Positions 1 through 11,268 of a stretch of DNA of 42,899 nt are shown here, one piece after another; position 1 is the stretch's first letter, and each line of letters begins with the position of its first letter. Location: contig JWZX01002628.1 of assembly GCA_001275005.1 (NCBI GenBank), forward strand, positions 1-42,899. Direction: 5' to 3'. This DNA comes from Chrysochromulina tobinii (taxonomy: Eukaryota). A program made the position numbers and the translations under genes. The notes below the pieces were generated by a model, which made no database searches, was not told the DNA's origin, and worked only from the letters and a program-made list of their open reading frames with translations.

Positions 1-464
1 GCCAGCAGCCGTGTCGCGTCGATACCCATCCGCATAGCAACCGCACGTGCCGCCGTGGCCGATACCCGACGTAGGCGGTCGTGGTCTGCACAGACTGCAC
101 GCTGCATGCACGCTAACCGGGCGGCCGTCCGCCACGCCTGGCCTCCCATACAAAGCCAGGGGTTACTCCCCGCCCCCCCCCTACACATGCCTCCGATTGC
201 GATCGCCAGCTGCTGACCAAGGGCAAGACGACGTGTCGGGATCAGGTCCAGGCAGCGGCGTCGCCGAGTTAGCCAGCGTCGTCTCTGTTGGAGAGTAGCG
301 AGCGCCGAAGACATAGCACTTCCCCAAGGCCGATTAGGCCGTTGCCCTACATGAATCCATCCCACACCGCGGATGAAGGTGCGCCCATGCTGTGGTACGC
401 TTGCCGCCGCCCCAAAGTAACGAGCAGATGCCGGGGACCACTCGTAGTCAGAGCGCGGATCATT
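1..464 (-). CDS. Second open frame (-1 relative to ORF 464-2530) running off the window edge; possible ORF2 N-terminus
   Basis: Manual translation NDPRSDYEWSPASARYFGAAASVPQHGRTFIRGVGWIHVG...GIDATRLL has no stop from 464 to 1. The first ATG below 464 is at 314. Confidence 0.25.
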
Positions 465-2530
465 TACTTTTTCGCCGGTGGTGCCGGCGAGGTGTCGCGG
501 CTGGCTTCCGAGCTTGTGCCTGCCGGGGTACGGGCGTGGGGTCGCTTTTTGTTGTTTGCCTCCCGACACTCGGCGCGAAGGCGCGAGAGGTAATCGGTGG
601 CTGCCTGCAGGCGAAGTTCGGGTGTAGATACGAGGTTCGCTAAGTTCGCGCGAATCTCTGGGTCCAGAAGGACACTGGTAGGGGCGAGGCGACGGAGCCC
701 CTTGAGGGCCACGTCGATGTGCCCAAAGACCTCTCCGAGGGTAGCAGAGAGAGGCGCGTACGGCGCGGGGGTAAGGTCGGTGCTCATCGCTTGCGCGGTG
801 GGGGGTACCTGGGACCCTGAATCGACATCCCCAGCAGGGGGTTTTTCCGAAGCCGCGGCTTCGAGCCTGTCTCGTTCCATCTGCATGAGTGGGCCGAGGC
901 TCTCGAGGCGAGTAGCTGTCTGTTCGAAGCGGGCCTCGAAGGCAGCTTGCGAGGTAGCGTTGGACATAGGGGCTTCGGCCGGGGCGCCAGACGAGGCGAC
1001 GGTCTCGAGACTGTTCGTCTCGGCGAGCATCTCTTCGGCCAGGGCCGGTGGTTGCACTGGTGAGGGTGCGGAGCCACCAGCGTGGGCGGGTATGGTTGGG
1101 TCGGGCGCAAGGGCGGGTACGGCTGGGTCGGGCGCAGAGGGTGGCTCCGAGGAGGACGATGGCGCCGAGGACCCACTCGGGCCAGCCCGGGCGGATGTGG
1201 CAGGGTGGGGCTCGGGGGCGCCTTTTCCTTTGCCAAAAAGCGGGGTGGTAACTGTGCCAGCAATGCTGAAGGTCGTCTCCGTCAGGGGACGAGAGTGGCC
1301 GATAGAGCATGGGAAGCGAGCAATACCCCCCCGATCGGGGTGGGCACATCCTTTGGTGATGCGACAGGTATAATCGAGTTTGCCTTGTAGTTTGTACTTG
1401 ACTGCAAAAGGGCAGATCTGATCGATCGGCACACCACACTCGCGGGCAAACTCTTTTTCTTGCGCCAGGAAGCGCTCGCCGTTGGTACCCATGGTCGATT
1501 CGAGCAGGAAGTTTGCGCGTTCGATACCAGTCTGGAGGATAGCCTCGCGCGAGCGGCTGGAGCCAAGGCCACGGGAAGAACGTCCTCCACGATCGGGAGA
1601 CGACCGGCCAGGAGATGTCGGTGGGAGCGTAGGGTCGCGGGCCGCGTGGCCGGGAGCGTCGAGGTCGACAAATCCGGCCGCGATGCGGGTGACCATGCAC
1701 TCTTTTTCGCGGTCGTAGCGCCAGCCCGGCATGGAGAGAGCAGAGTGCTGGCGTGCACCACGTAAGGGTGCAAACGAGATTGGGTGTGGCGAGAGGTCGA
1801 CCGTGCGAACGCCAGACTGGAAGAAGCCACGTCCAACACGCATGAGGCCGTTCGCTGGAGGGTTGAGCTTGCCAACAAACCAGACACCAACAGCTGTGAT
1901 GCGTTTCGGACCAGATCCAGTGACGCGTGGCGTCATAAGAGTGGCCAAAGGCTCGGCGAGTTCGATGGTTTGGTCGGGCGTTGCGAGGCGGAAGCCCTCG
2001 CGGGTGCAGGTGGCCAGCTCGGCCAGGTGCTTCTCCTTGTCTGTGGTCATCGAGATGATGCCCCATTCGCGAATGATCAGAAGGGTTGAAGGTCGTCGCG
2101 GTGCGCCACCGCGGCCGACAGGGGTGCTCGCCGGAGCGAGTGCGCGTTGGATGGCCTCTTGGTCTTCCTCGCGAAAAACTTGGAATAAAACTTGCTTCGT
2201 CACTTTTTCCCCCGAAACTTGGGTGTCCTGGATGGTGAGTGCCTCTTGGAGTGTTGCAAAGACCAGTATTTTGTTCGTATCTTCCATGGTAGGATATTGT
2301 GTGAGGAGGCTCGGGAAGCGATCCGATTCCGCAAAGACGAACTGGGCAAAGAAAGCTGGCATTCCACCCATCTGTGCGCGGAGTTCGATGGTATCCAGGA
2401 GCTGGAGCATGGCTGGTTCGGACAGAGAAGAGTTGGGGATGATCCGTAGGACTGGAGGCTCTTGGTCCATCACGGAAGCAGTGTCTTCCATCGCGGATGA
2501 CTCGTCGGACGCCATCGGGTACCTGGGCAC
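464..2530 (-). mobile_element. Putative ORF1/gag-like protein of a retroelement (688 aa); the element probably extends past the left window edge
   Basis: Long intronless ORF with weaker GC3 bias than neighbouring host genes, a Cys/His cluster (YTCRITKGCAHPDRGGIARFPCSIGH) and a Pro/Ser-rich tail. About 600 nt of non-coding leader precedes it, and an overlapping second frame runs open to position 1. No RT, endonuclease or integrase motif is visible in the window. Confidence 0.4.
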
Positions 2531-3143
2531 ATAGTGGGGGCCAGAAAGGAGTGCACAGGAGCAAGGGGGTCCGTAGATGAGTCCAAAGGATCAACAGCTG
2601 CACCCCCTCAGGGCAGCGGTGTCCTTGAAGAAAGGGTGGGGCAAGGGCCAAAGGGATCACGACAGGGCGTGGGCGCAATACGTGGGGTCGGGTGGTGAGT
2701 GTGGGCTGTGTGGGTGGGTGCTGGGGGGGATGGCTAGGGATGATGAGAGAGCCCAATGAGTAGGGTGCCATCTGAAACAAGGTGAGCCAAAGGAGATGGC
2801 CTGGAGCTCGAGGTGTGGCCCTCCGAGGGTTGCCAGGCCGGCGGGGACCAAAATCTTGTAGCATGTGGGGCAGAAGATCTGGCGCAAATTTGAAGGCGCT
2901 GTTGAAGGTGTGAGTTAAATATGCCCACCTGGAAGTGTCCTAGGCGTCAAAGTAGCTGCAGACAGCCCGTGTGGTCGCCGCGAGCGTCACCGACAGCACG
3001 AGGTCGAAAAAGAACGGAGACGCCCCAAAAAAACAGGCCTCGATCTGCACCCACACCGATGAAATGTCGAATTCGGAGAAAAGTCAACCCAGAGATATCA
3101 AGAGATTGCACTCCTCAAAAACAGTCTCCGGTCTGAGAGTGTG

Positions 3144-4229
3144 ATGGCGGTCGCCCTCGCCAGCTTGGCCTTCCTCGTGGCGTCGGCGATCGGGTACTCG
3201 CCGTGGGGGGCGACGCGATTAGCAGCAGCAGCAGCACGGACGTGCCCCTCATCCCGCACCCGCGTCATGCGGCTAAACGCGGCCGACGAGAGCTCATTCG
3301 AAGGAGCGATCGCCTCCTTCGCTCCACGGCAGGACCTGCCGAGCGTGCGCGGACAGCTTGCGAAATTGCAGGAGCAGCTGAATAATGCCGTCGAGGATGA
3401 GGAGTACGTGCTCGCCGCGATGCTGCGCGATGACCTCCAGGAGCTCAAGAGCAAGGACCCCGCAGCGATGGCGGTGGCTGTGCGTGCGGAGATGAACGAG
3501 CATGTGGCGTGCGAGCGGTACGACGAGGCTGCGCTTTGCCGCGATCAGCTGATGGTGCTGCGCCGCTTCCTGCCGCAGTACCAGCTCGCTGGCTTGTGGA
3601 AGGGTGCGCGCCGCTCGCCATCGCCATGAGGCGCCCCATACCGAGCTGCGGTCGTCCCGCGTCTTGCAAAAAGCGCTCAAATCCGAGCGTCCCACCGCCT
3701 CTGACCCGCGCCCATCCCACCCCCCGTTCCTCCGCAGGGGAACTACCCCAACCACGGCGAGGAGATGGTACGGGTGCATTATGCTGGCGACACGCTCTAC
3801 GCGACCAAAGTCACCGGCGATGAGCACGTGCCCGCGGGGGAGGTGACCTTCCGAGCGGATCTGGCCGCACCCTTGGATGCGGCCGCCCGCAGCGGCGCAG
3901 ACGCAGACGTGCGTGTCGAGGTGCTCTCGATCTCCTCTGCCGGAGGTCACGAGCCTCGTGAGGTCGAGCAGATCCGAGGGGAGGGTCGCATCGCTGCGCG
4001 TGGCTTTCGGCATCCACATTACGTGCCCGGCCAACTCTTCTTGATGGACGACGACGTGATTGGGTTTTTGTGGCTCCCGATCGGAACGTTTGTTGTCTTC
4101 TCCCGGGTGGCGGAGGACGAGGAAATGTCGACGGAGCACTCGGCCGCCGCCGCCGCCGCGCTCGGCCTCTCTTCCGGCGAGGAGTTCGACATGTCCGACT
4201 TTGCACCTGAGAAGGGCGGCGACCTGTAG
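3144..4229 (+). CDS. EXECUTER-like protein: signal/plastid leader, two UVR (UvrB/C) motifs and a DUF3506/cyclin-D1-binding domain; 2 exons, intron about 3604-3737
   Basis: Hydrophobic leader MAVALASLAFLVASA. UVR motifs LNNAVEDEEYVLAAMLRDDL and ERYDEAALCRDQL. DUF3506-type motifs GLWKG..NYPNHGEEMV, LYATKVTGDEHVPAGEVTFRADL and GEGRIAARGFRHPHYVPGQL. Pyrimidine tract plus CAG acceptor ending at 3737. Confidence 0.8.
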
Positions 4230-4729
4230 GATTGCGAGTCTAAATAGGGGCGCCCGCTCATGGACATGTGACCCTCGCTCGCTATACCCTGTATCCCGAG
4301 AGTTGCCATGCTGTCGATGATCATCTGATGAGAGGCCTGTATGGGAGCGGCTTCAGTCCCTACGTAGCATGTGGTCGTGCGATGTGTGCGAGATGTCTAG
4401 GCCGGACGTGTGCGCGCTGCGCGGGCGGCGGGGCGTGCGGACTTCGTTCTTCCTTGGATCCGTTCACGCCATTTAAACGAGATCGAGACAGACAAATATC
4501 GTTGCGCACGGCAGTATTGCAGTACTTACCCCGCGTATTAGCTATTACCTCAGTCTAAGCTCTCTCGTACGCTCGCGACGTAAAGCTGGTAAACTCGACT
4601 TCATGCCCACGCATGCGTCAGAACCCGGTCATGCCGCTTGCCGGCGTGCTACTACACAGGGTTCAACCCTGTACCTGCACGTCGGCGTACAAAGTAATAG
4701 AGCAGCTGGCTGACTGGCAAGTATACGAT

Positions 4730-7700
4730 TCAATAACGCCTGCTGCTCAGTAAAGAACTTACTCCGTTGAGTCCCGCGCGTATGGAATCTCCAAAATTGC
4801 TCGGGATAGATGGTGGGATGGGTGGCGGACTCAGTGGCGGATCCGATCCCCACTTGTTGTGCGGATTGGCTGGGCCCATCGTCATCCAATCCTCAACCTT
4901 CCTTGTGAAGCCTGCTGCAACGCCTTCGTCATATGTGTAGCCCATCTTCTTGCAATCGGAAGGCAGGAGTCCACCGATCTTGGCTTGCTGGCATGTTGTG
5001 CCGGACGCCTTGATGAGTTGCAGCTTCTCCTCTAGCGACCCTTTTCCATAGATCACCGCGACCACCTGCCGATCCAGGCCACATTCCATGCATTGCGCAG
5101 CGGAGAAGCCCGCGGACCTGAGCTCCAAAATGGAGCACGGGGCAGCCAAAAATTCGAGTGCACTGAAGCCCCCCTTCTTGAGCTCGGCGGTAGTGTAGCC
5201 AGGATGGCATTCCCTCAGAAGGTCCCTGAGCGCGTACCCGCCGAGCCGCATCTCCTCCGCCGTGTAGCCGACGCTCTTGAGTGTGTTTGCGTCAAAGGCC
5301 GGCGCGCCATTTGGGAGTCTCGTGAGTTTGAGGTCTTTCGCAGGGAAGCCGGCCTCGCGAAGCTCGAAGGGTTCATAGAAGCCTTCCCGTCGCCCGAAGG
5401 GGCCGAGTGGTCCTTCGACTAGGAGCTCCTTGACGGTGCGGCCGTCCACGGCCTCGGCGATCCTCTTCTTGAAGCCGGCTGCCTTGAGCTCCTCCTCCGA
5501 GAAGCCAACTTCCTTGAGCTCTTTCGCAAGGAACCCGCCGATCTTGAGCTCCTTCACCAAGCAGCCCTCGGCCTTGAGCAGTGCCAGATTGTACCCTATG
5601 GCCTTGAGCTCTTCGACCGAGACGCCGCCCCTCAAGAGCTCCGTTGGCCGATAGCCGACAGCCTTGAGCTCAGCGGGAGACCAGCCCACCAAGAGCTCCT
5701 TGGCTGTGAACCCTTCAGCCTTCAGCTGCACAGCCGTGAACCCATGCTCTCTGAGCTCCTTGGGCGAGATTTTGGCGGCTTTCAGGTCAGCCGCGATGTA
5801 TCCACACTCCTTGAGCTCCGGAATGGTGAATCCACCTGCCTTCAGGTCTCCTGCGGTGTACCCGACCGCCTTGAGCGTGCTGGCTTTGAACCCGACGCTC
5901 CGTAGGTCGGCCCCGCTGAATCCTGCGCCGAAGAGCTGCTCAGCCCCAAAGCCCGCCGCTTCAAGCTCCTTCACGGGGAAGCCCACCTCCTTGAGCTCCT
6001 TGCATTTGATACCGCTGTTCTTAAGCTCCTTGGGCATGAAGCCAGCCTCCTTGAGATCACGCAGAAAGAGGACGTCGAACTGGGCGGAGCCGTTGATTTC
6101 CTTGGCAGTGAAGCCCTCACGCTTGAGGTCCTCGAGCTTGAAACCTAACTTCCTCAGACGCTGTGCCGAAACACCGCTCTCCTTGAACTCGCAGGCTGTG
6201 AAGCCCACCTCCTTGAGCCGCTCGTCGGAGAAGCCAGCCTCTTGCAGTTGCTGCACCACGAAGTAGGCTGCCTTGAGCTGTGCTAGAGAGAAGCCCACCT
6301 CTTTCAGGTTGGTGGCGGTGAAGCCCGCTACTCGGAGCTCGAGTGCGGAGAAGTTGCAAGCCTTGAGCACGCCTGCGGTAAAGCCACCCTTCCCGAGCTC
6401 TTCCGCCGAAAAGCCCGCGGTCTTCAGCTGCTCGGCCGAATAGCCCGACTCCCGGAGGTCGCTAATGCTCTGGCCGTTGGTGACTTCGATGAGCCAAGCG
6501 TCGAAGCCCGCGGTCCGCAGGTCCTCTTCCGTGTAGCCAACGGCCCGGAGCGCCCTTGCCGTGTAGCTCCCCTTGAGCTCAGCAGCTTTGAATCCCGCCG
6601 CGCGCAGATCTTTGGCCGAGAAGCCTGCGTCGTAAAGAGCGGCTGCCGTGCGCTTCCCGTTCCGCATCTCTTGCACCAGCCGCTTGTCGAAGCCGGCCTT
6701 CTCCATCTCAAGGGAGTCGAACCCGCCGTCCATGAGCTCAAGGGCGCCATACTTTTCCGTCCGCAACCGGGCTGCAGTGTATCCAGCCGCCCTCAGCTCT
6801 GCAATAGAGGCACCCGACTCCTTCATCTTGGTGAGTGACGTACCCACGCCTTTCAGTTGAGCGATGGTGAAGCCCGCGGCTTGTAATTCCTCGACAGAGT
6901 AACCGCCGTTGTGCAGCTCATCCAGCGTGAAGCCGACCACAAGCATATTCGGCACGGCGTGCCCCGCCTCTCGCAACTCCCGCGCCAGGTACCCTGCCTC
7001 CCTCAGCAGCTCTAACGCGAAAGCACTCGTCGCCTCGGTGGCGTTGTAGCCTGCCAGCTTGACCTTCGATTGATTGTAGCCTCCGTCGCGCATCTCGACT
7101 GCTGTGTAGCCTGCAATGCGCATGTCTCCGAGCCTGTATTCCGCCTTGCGGCACTGCGACACCGTGAAGCCAACTTTGCGAAGCTGAGTGGCAGAAAACT
7201 CCGCCTCCTTCAGGTCCGTTGAAGAATACGTCGCCTCTCTCAGCTCCGCCAGCGTGTAGCGAGCGGCCTTGAGCTCGACGGCAGTGAAGGTGCCTTGACG
7301 CATCTCCGTCGCACTGTATCCAAAAGGCTTCAGCTGCTCCGCAGTGATAGCACCTTCTCGCATCTCCTTGAGTGAGTACCCCAGCTCTCTCACCGTCTTC
7401 ACATCCACTCCGAGAGCCTCCTTGAGCTCAGCCACTGTGAAGCATCCTTCTCGAAGCTGCGCGAGCGAGATGTTGCCGCTGTGAAGCTCGCGGGCGCCAA
7501 AGCCGACGCCACGGAGTACCTCCACGCTCAAGAGACTGAGCACATGCGCACGTCGTGCATGGCCCTCGACGATCACGTGTTTCAGATGCTGCTCCCAAGC
7601 GCTTCTCGTGACTCGTTTGGTGACGAGCACGTCCTGGATGTACCGGACAATGCGCTCGCCCGCATGCCGACTGCTCTCATCGACCGTGGTCTGGCTCCGA

Positions 7701-10057
7701 TTGACCCGCAATAACTCGGCCATCAGCATGATCTCATCGTGCCACGGGCCGCCAGGCAGCTTGAAGAACTCCATCGCACGTAGTGCCTTCAGCGCCACTT
7801 TGCCCCCTGCCCGGATCTGGTCGACGGGTAATGCGCACTTGGTCAAGTCCGAGATGAAAAGCTGCTTCAAGGAGATGAGAGCAATTGGGTTGGTGGCCAT
7901 CGCGTTGATCAACGGCGCGCCGCTCGAGTCTTCTTCACTCCACTGGAGCCCGCTCTGAGCAAGGTTGAGGCGCCACAGACTCTTGTTTTCCTCGAGGGCA
8001 TTAATCAGCGGAGAGATCTCGCCCTTATCAAGCTTGTACATACACGTCCACTCGCTGATCGCGCCCTTCTTGAGCGCGTCAAGGGGCAAGCCCCCACCGA
8101 CGTTCCACAGCTGCCAGACCTTCATCGGGATGCTGATGCCCGCCGCATTGGACTGTTCTACCATCTCAAGCCACGTCTTGAGCGTCGCGAGAGTCGAGAT
8201 CGTAATGGACTGAGGTAGCAGCTGGGCAAAGTCGAGCATTGCCAGGTCGGTGGGCCGAGCAGTTCCCTCATGAACGCGACCCATGACGCTCACGAGGATA
8301 TACGACTGCAGCAGGCACTGCGGCAAGCTTTCGATGAAGATCTCGGCGATGACGCGAGTCGCCTTGTACGCCGGAATGAAGGTCTTGAGCCACTCGGGAA
8401 GAGGCAGCACTGCCAAAAGACCAAACGGCTCGAGGAACATCATCATGTCGAGCAGCAGCGACCCGAAAGGGAACCCACCCCATAGATAGGCCTTATAGAT
8501 GGGACTATCCGCACCAAAGGTAGTCAGAAGGTAAGGGAGAACTCGAATGTAGATGACCGCGAATTGCGCCACAAGGAAGAAAAGAGACATATGCCCCCAC
8601 GTAGTGTTGCCAGACTTGTAGAGCAGCATCAGTACTTGCACATCCGAGATGACGTCGGCAAAGTAGACTGACACTGTCACGAGGCCGTTCGCAGTGTTCG
8701 ACAGCGCCTGCGCCAGCTCGCTCTTCACAGCGGCCTTCTTCTTGGCCGACGATTCACTTTGATCACCACTTCCAGCGTTGACCATGACCTTCTCCAGTTC
8801 AGCGCGTCGTCCTTTCAGAGCCTCGAGCTGAGCCTCAAGCTCCATGGTGACCTTGACGCGCAACTTGATCTCAAGCTCTTCGACCCTGTTGGCCACCTTG
8901 TACAACTGCATCTTCAATTCCTGCGCGCTCAGCACCGAATGATCCTCTTCGGCGCTCTCATCCAGCGCCTGGTAGCTCCCGCGCATTCGTCGGCGCTCAA
9001 ACCAGTCCATCATGTCCTTCCAGTAGAGAGCGACTAAGCCCAGTGCGAACGCCACACCTAAGTCAACTGCCAGATATGCTTCTGGCTCGGCCAGAGCAAA
9101 GGTATTGAATTCAATCTTGGCTTCCTGTGACCATGTTGGCTGTGAAGGCGGAGGAGGAGGCGCAACGAGACTGGGGTCGGCGAAGTGGGCGCGGAGCTGC
9201 TTCGCACTCCAGTTGAAGATCATGCTGGACGGGATCGACAGCATGATAAGGAGAGGCAGGTACGTGTCGAGGAACTCCATGGCAAATACTCCAACCTCCC
9301 GCGCCGAAGGTAGGGCATCAAAGCACGACCCTTTCTTGTCCACAGTGTCTGAAGTCGAGCCCATCTCCAGATCGCCTTCCCTTTTCTTCTTGCGCGGGCT
9401 TGTGCTGCGCCCCACGATCTGTGCCTGCTTCTGAGGCGGTGAACCATCGCCAGCAGGCAGTGGAGACCCACCAGGCCGGTGGGAAGATGAGCCATCCAAC
9501 AAGGCCGATCGAGCCGACATGAAAGGCGCTGCCAAGTTAGCGGGGAGCTGCGCAAGCACTGCCATGAGGTCCTGATCGATCTTGAGTTGCCGCATTGTGA
9601 ATGCGGCGACGCGGCGCAGCCGCATGGTTTCGCTCACCTTCTGCTCCTTGCTGGGTGCCTGACCTCGTTTCTTGATTTCGTACCACAAGCCCATCGTCTC
9701 TTTGAGCTTCGCCGTATCCTCTGTGGCTTTCTCGCAGGCACGCATCATCAGCCGGAACTCAAATGGGTCGATCTCACCATCGCCATCCTCATCGGCATCC
9801 GCCATCATTTGGTCGATGACCTTAGCCTCCAGAGGCTTGCCGTAGAGCTGTCGCATGGCAAACTCAAGCTCCTTGCGTGAGATCTTGCCGCTCCCGTCTC
9901 CGTCGAGCTCTTTGAATTTCTTATCGAGTGTCTCTCTCGACGTTTTCGGGCTCGACGGTGCGCTCGACTGTGGTGTGGCTGTCAAACTCCTGGTCTGGTT
10001 CTTGCTGCTTATGTCCAACTGGCCACCTCTTGTCCACCTGGCAGAGGCGGCGGCCAT
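4730..10057 (-). CDS. Giant membrane protein: 2 EF-hands, XK-related (Xkr scramblase-like) domain, LRR-like segment and a long GFxAxELKxA decapeptide (pentapeptide-like) repeat region
   Basis: EF-hands DGDGSGKISRKEL and DEDGDGEIDPFEF. XK motifs YFADVISDV and EIFIESLPQCLLQSYI among TM helices. LRR-like LEENKSLWRLNLAQSGL. About 850 aa of 10-aa repeats. First ATG at 10057; strong GC3 bias. Confidence 0.85.
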   Translation of the reverse strand: MAAASARWTRGGQLDISSKNQTRSLTATPQSSAPSSPKTSRETLDKKFKELDGDGSGKISRKELEFAMRQLYGKPLEAKVIDQMMADADEDGDGEIDPFEFRLMMRACEKATEDTAKLKETMGLWYEIKKRGQAPSKEQKVSETMRLRRVAAFTMRQLKIDQDLMAVLAQLPANLAAPFMSARSALLDGSSSHRPGGSPLPAGDGSPPQKQAQIVGRSTSPRKKKREGDLEMGSTSDTVDKKGSCFDALPSAREVGVFAMEFLDTYLPLLIMLSIPSSMIFNWSAKQLRAHFADPSLVAPPPPPSQPTWSQEAKIEFNTFALAEPEAYLAVDLGVAFALGLVALYWKDMMDWFERRRMRGSYQALDESAEEDHSVLSAQELKMQLYKVANRVEELEIKLRVKVTMELEAQLEALKGRRAELEKVMVNAGSGDQSESSAKKKAAVKSELAQALSNTANGLVTVSVYFADVISDVQVLMLLYKSGNTTWGHMSLFFLVAQFAVIYIRVLPYLLTTFGADSPIYKAYLWGGFPFGSLLLDMMMFLEPFGLLAVLPLPEWLKTFIPAYKATRVIAEIFIESLPQCLLQSYILVSVMGRVHEGTARPTDLAMLDFAQLLPQSITISTLATLKTWLEMVEQSNAAGISIPMKVWQLWNVGGGLPLDALKKGAISEWTCMYKLDKGEISPLINALEENKSLWRLNLAQSGLQWSEEDSSGAPLINAMATNPIALISLKQLFISDLTKCALPVDQIRAGGKVALKALRAMEFFKLPGGPWHDEIMLMAELLRVNRSQTTVDESSRHAGERIVRYIQDVLVTKRVTRSAWEQHLKHVIVEGHARRAHVLSLLSVEVLRGVGFGARELHSGNISLAQLREGCFTVAELKEALGVDVKTVRELGYSLKEMREGAITAEQLKPFGYSATEMRQGTFTAVELKAARYTLAELREATYSSTDLKEAEFSATQLRKVGFTVSQCRKAEYRLGDMRIAGYTAVEMRDGGYNQSKVKLAGYNATEATSAFALELLREAGYLARELREAGHAVPNMLVVGFTLDELHNGGYSVEELQAAGFTIAQLKGVGTSLTKMKESGASIAELRAAGYTAARLRTEKYGALELMDGGFDSLEMEKAGFDKRLVQEMRNGKRTAAALYDAGFSAKDLRAAGFKAAELKGSYTARALRAVGYTEEDLRTAGFDAWLIEVTNGQSISDLRESGYSAEQLKTAGFSAEELGKGGFTAGVLKACNFSALELRVAGFTATNLKEVGFSLAQLKAAYFVVQQLQEAGFSDERLKEVGFTACEFKESGVSAQRLRKLGFKLEDLKREGFTAKEINGSAQFDVLFLRDLKEAGFMPKELKNSGIKCKELKEVGFPVKELEAAGFGAEQLFGAGFSGADLRSVGFKASTLKAVGYTAGDLKAGGFTIPELKECGYIAADLKAAKISPKELREHGFTAVQLKAEGFTAKELLVGWSPAELKAVGYRPTELLRGGVSVEELKAIGYNLALLKAEGCLVKELKIGGFLAKELKEVGFSEEELKAAGFKKRIAEAVDGRTVKELLVEGPLGPFGRREGFYEPFELREAGFPAKDLKLTRLPNGAPAFDANTLKSVGYTAEEMRLGGYALRDLLRECHPGYTTAELKKGGFSALEFLAAPCSILELRSAGFSAAQCMECGLDRQVVAVIYGKGSLEEKLQLIKASGTTCQQAKIGGLLPSDCKKMGYTYDEGVAAGFTRKVEDWMTMGPANPHNKWGSDPPLSPPPIPPSIPSNFGDSIRAGLNGVSSLLSSRRY

Positions 10058-10265
10058 GCCCGCCCGCCTCCGCTCGCGACACACGACCTCGCACTACGAT
10101 TCTTTTTGGAACCATTTTTGTGCATGTTTCAGAAGTTTCAGATTGTGTGAAAGTACTGTACATGTACTTTCTGAACTGTCAGAATAAACGAAGACGCTCA
10201 CGTTTTGTCTTGAATCTTTAGATCACAGAAACGATCGTTTGCGTGCATGCAACCGAGAAGGTCAA

Positions 10266-10730
10266 ATGTCGTCCAGCTTCACGCCCTTGTTAACCATGCA
10301 GGACGAGCTCGAGGCGTGGCTAGTGGCCTGCCCGCTCGATGCCAAGCAGCTCAACTACAGTGTGACCAAAGCCGGAAACGGCAACTTGCGCATCCAGATT
10401 GGTGGCATCTGGGAGTACATGAAGCAGCCGCCGCTGGGTGTCCTCGGCAGTTCACCAGTTCCATCCCCGCGGGGACCGCTGTCGCCCTCGTGGGCTCCAC
10501 CGGGTATGCTCCCGACTGCACCATTCTCAGCTGCCGCGCTGCCGCTCTCCAAAGACCCGGCCCACATTCGGCGCGCTATGAAGAAGGCGGCACTCCGCGA
10601 CCACGCTGCTTCGGCCATTTCACCGAGGCTCGCGGGCATTGCTGACGATCATTCGGCGGACAGCGAAGAGGACGACGGCGACGAATCGTGGTCGGTCAAG
10701 GCCGAGTCGGGCAACAGCCATGAGATGTGA
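10266..10730 (+). CDS. Hypothetical protein
   Basis: ORF with GC3 bias, divergent from the XK gene; no recognisable domain. Confidence 0.45.
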   Translation: MSSSFTPLLTMQDELEAWLVACPLDAKQLNYSVTKAGNGNLRIQIGGIWEYMKQPPLGVLGSSPVPSPRGPLSPSWAPPGMLPTAPFSAAALPLSKDPAHIRRAMKKAALRDHAASAISPRLAGIADDHSADSEEDDGDESWSVKAESGNSHEM

Positions 10731-11268
10731 GACGCCGAGTCGCGCCATGTGACGCTGGTCGACCTGACGCTAGTAGACAGGTGCATCCTGCTTTCCTGCA
10801 TGCTTTCCATGGCGCAGACGCGTGGGGCTGGATGCAAGGCTGGATGCCGAGTTGGCGGACGTTCGAGGCTAAACTATGTGCACAAGCGCGCTGCCAATGC
10901 GCGCTGCTCTGCCTCGCTGCCTGAAGCTTCCCGCGGACGGAGATACATGTATCATTAACATGTATCATGCATGCGTATTCGAACGAATGCATGATCTGCC
11001 CTTGTGACGTTTGCAGCTGTACAGCTGAGGAGAGTCCACGGACAGATGCTGATGGATTCAGATGAATGATTGATTGTGTCGTCCTTGAACGCGGCTCAGT
11101 GCTGTAACTCGGAACGGGAGCAGAAGAGCTCCTTAGGTCAAGTGATGCGATCCCCTACTGTAGCTCGTGACCCCCCCCTGATCGCTCGGTCCGGTCACTT
11201 ACCATAAATGGTAGACCCGCACCCCGAGACATCCGCCTGTGTGAGACGGCCTCTGTGCGGCTACGAGA

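Noticed and set aside
544..550. Canonical -1 slippery heptamer in the left-edge ORF
   Set aside because: C AAA AAG and G AAA AAG do not match X XXY YYZ, and no stimulatory structure was identified; kept only as a weak hint.
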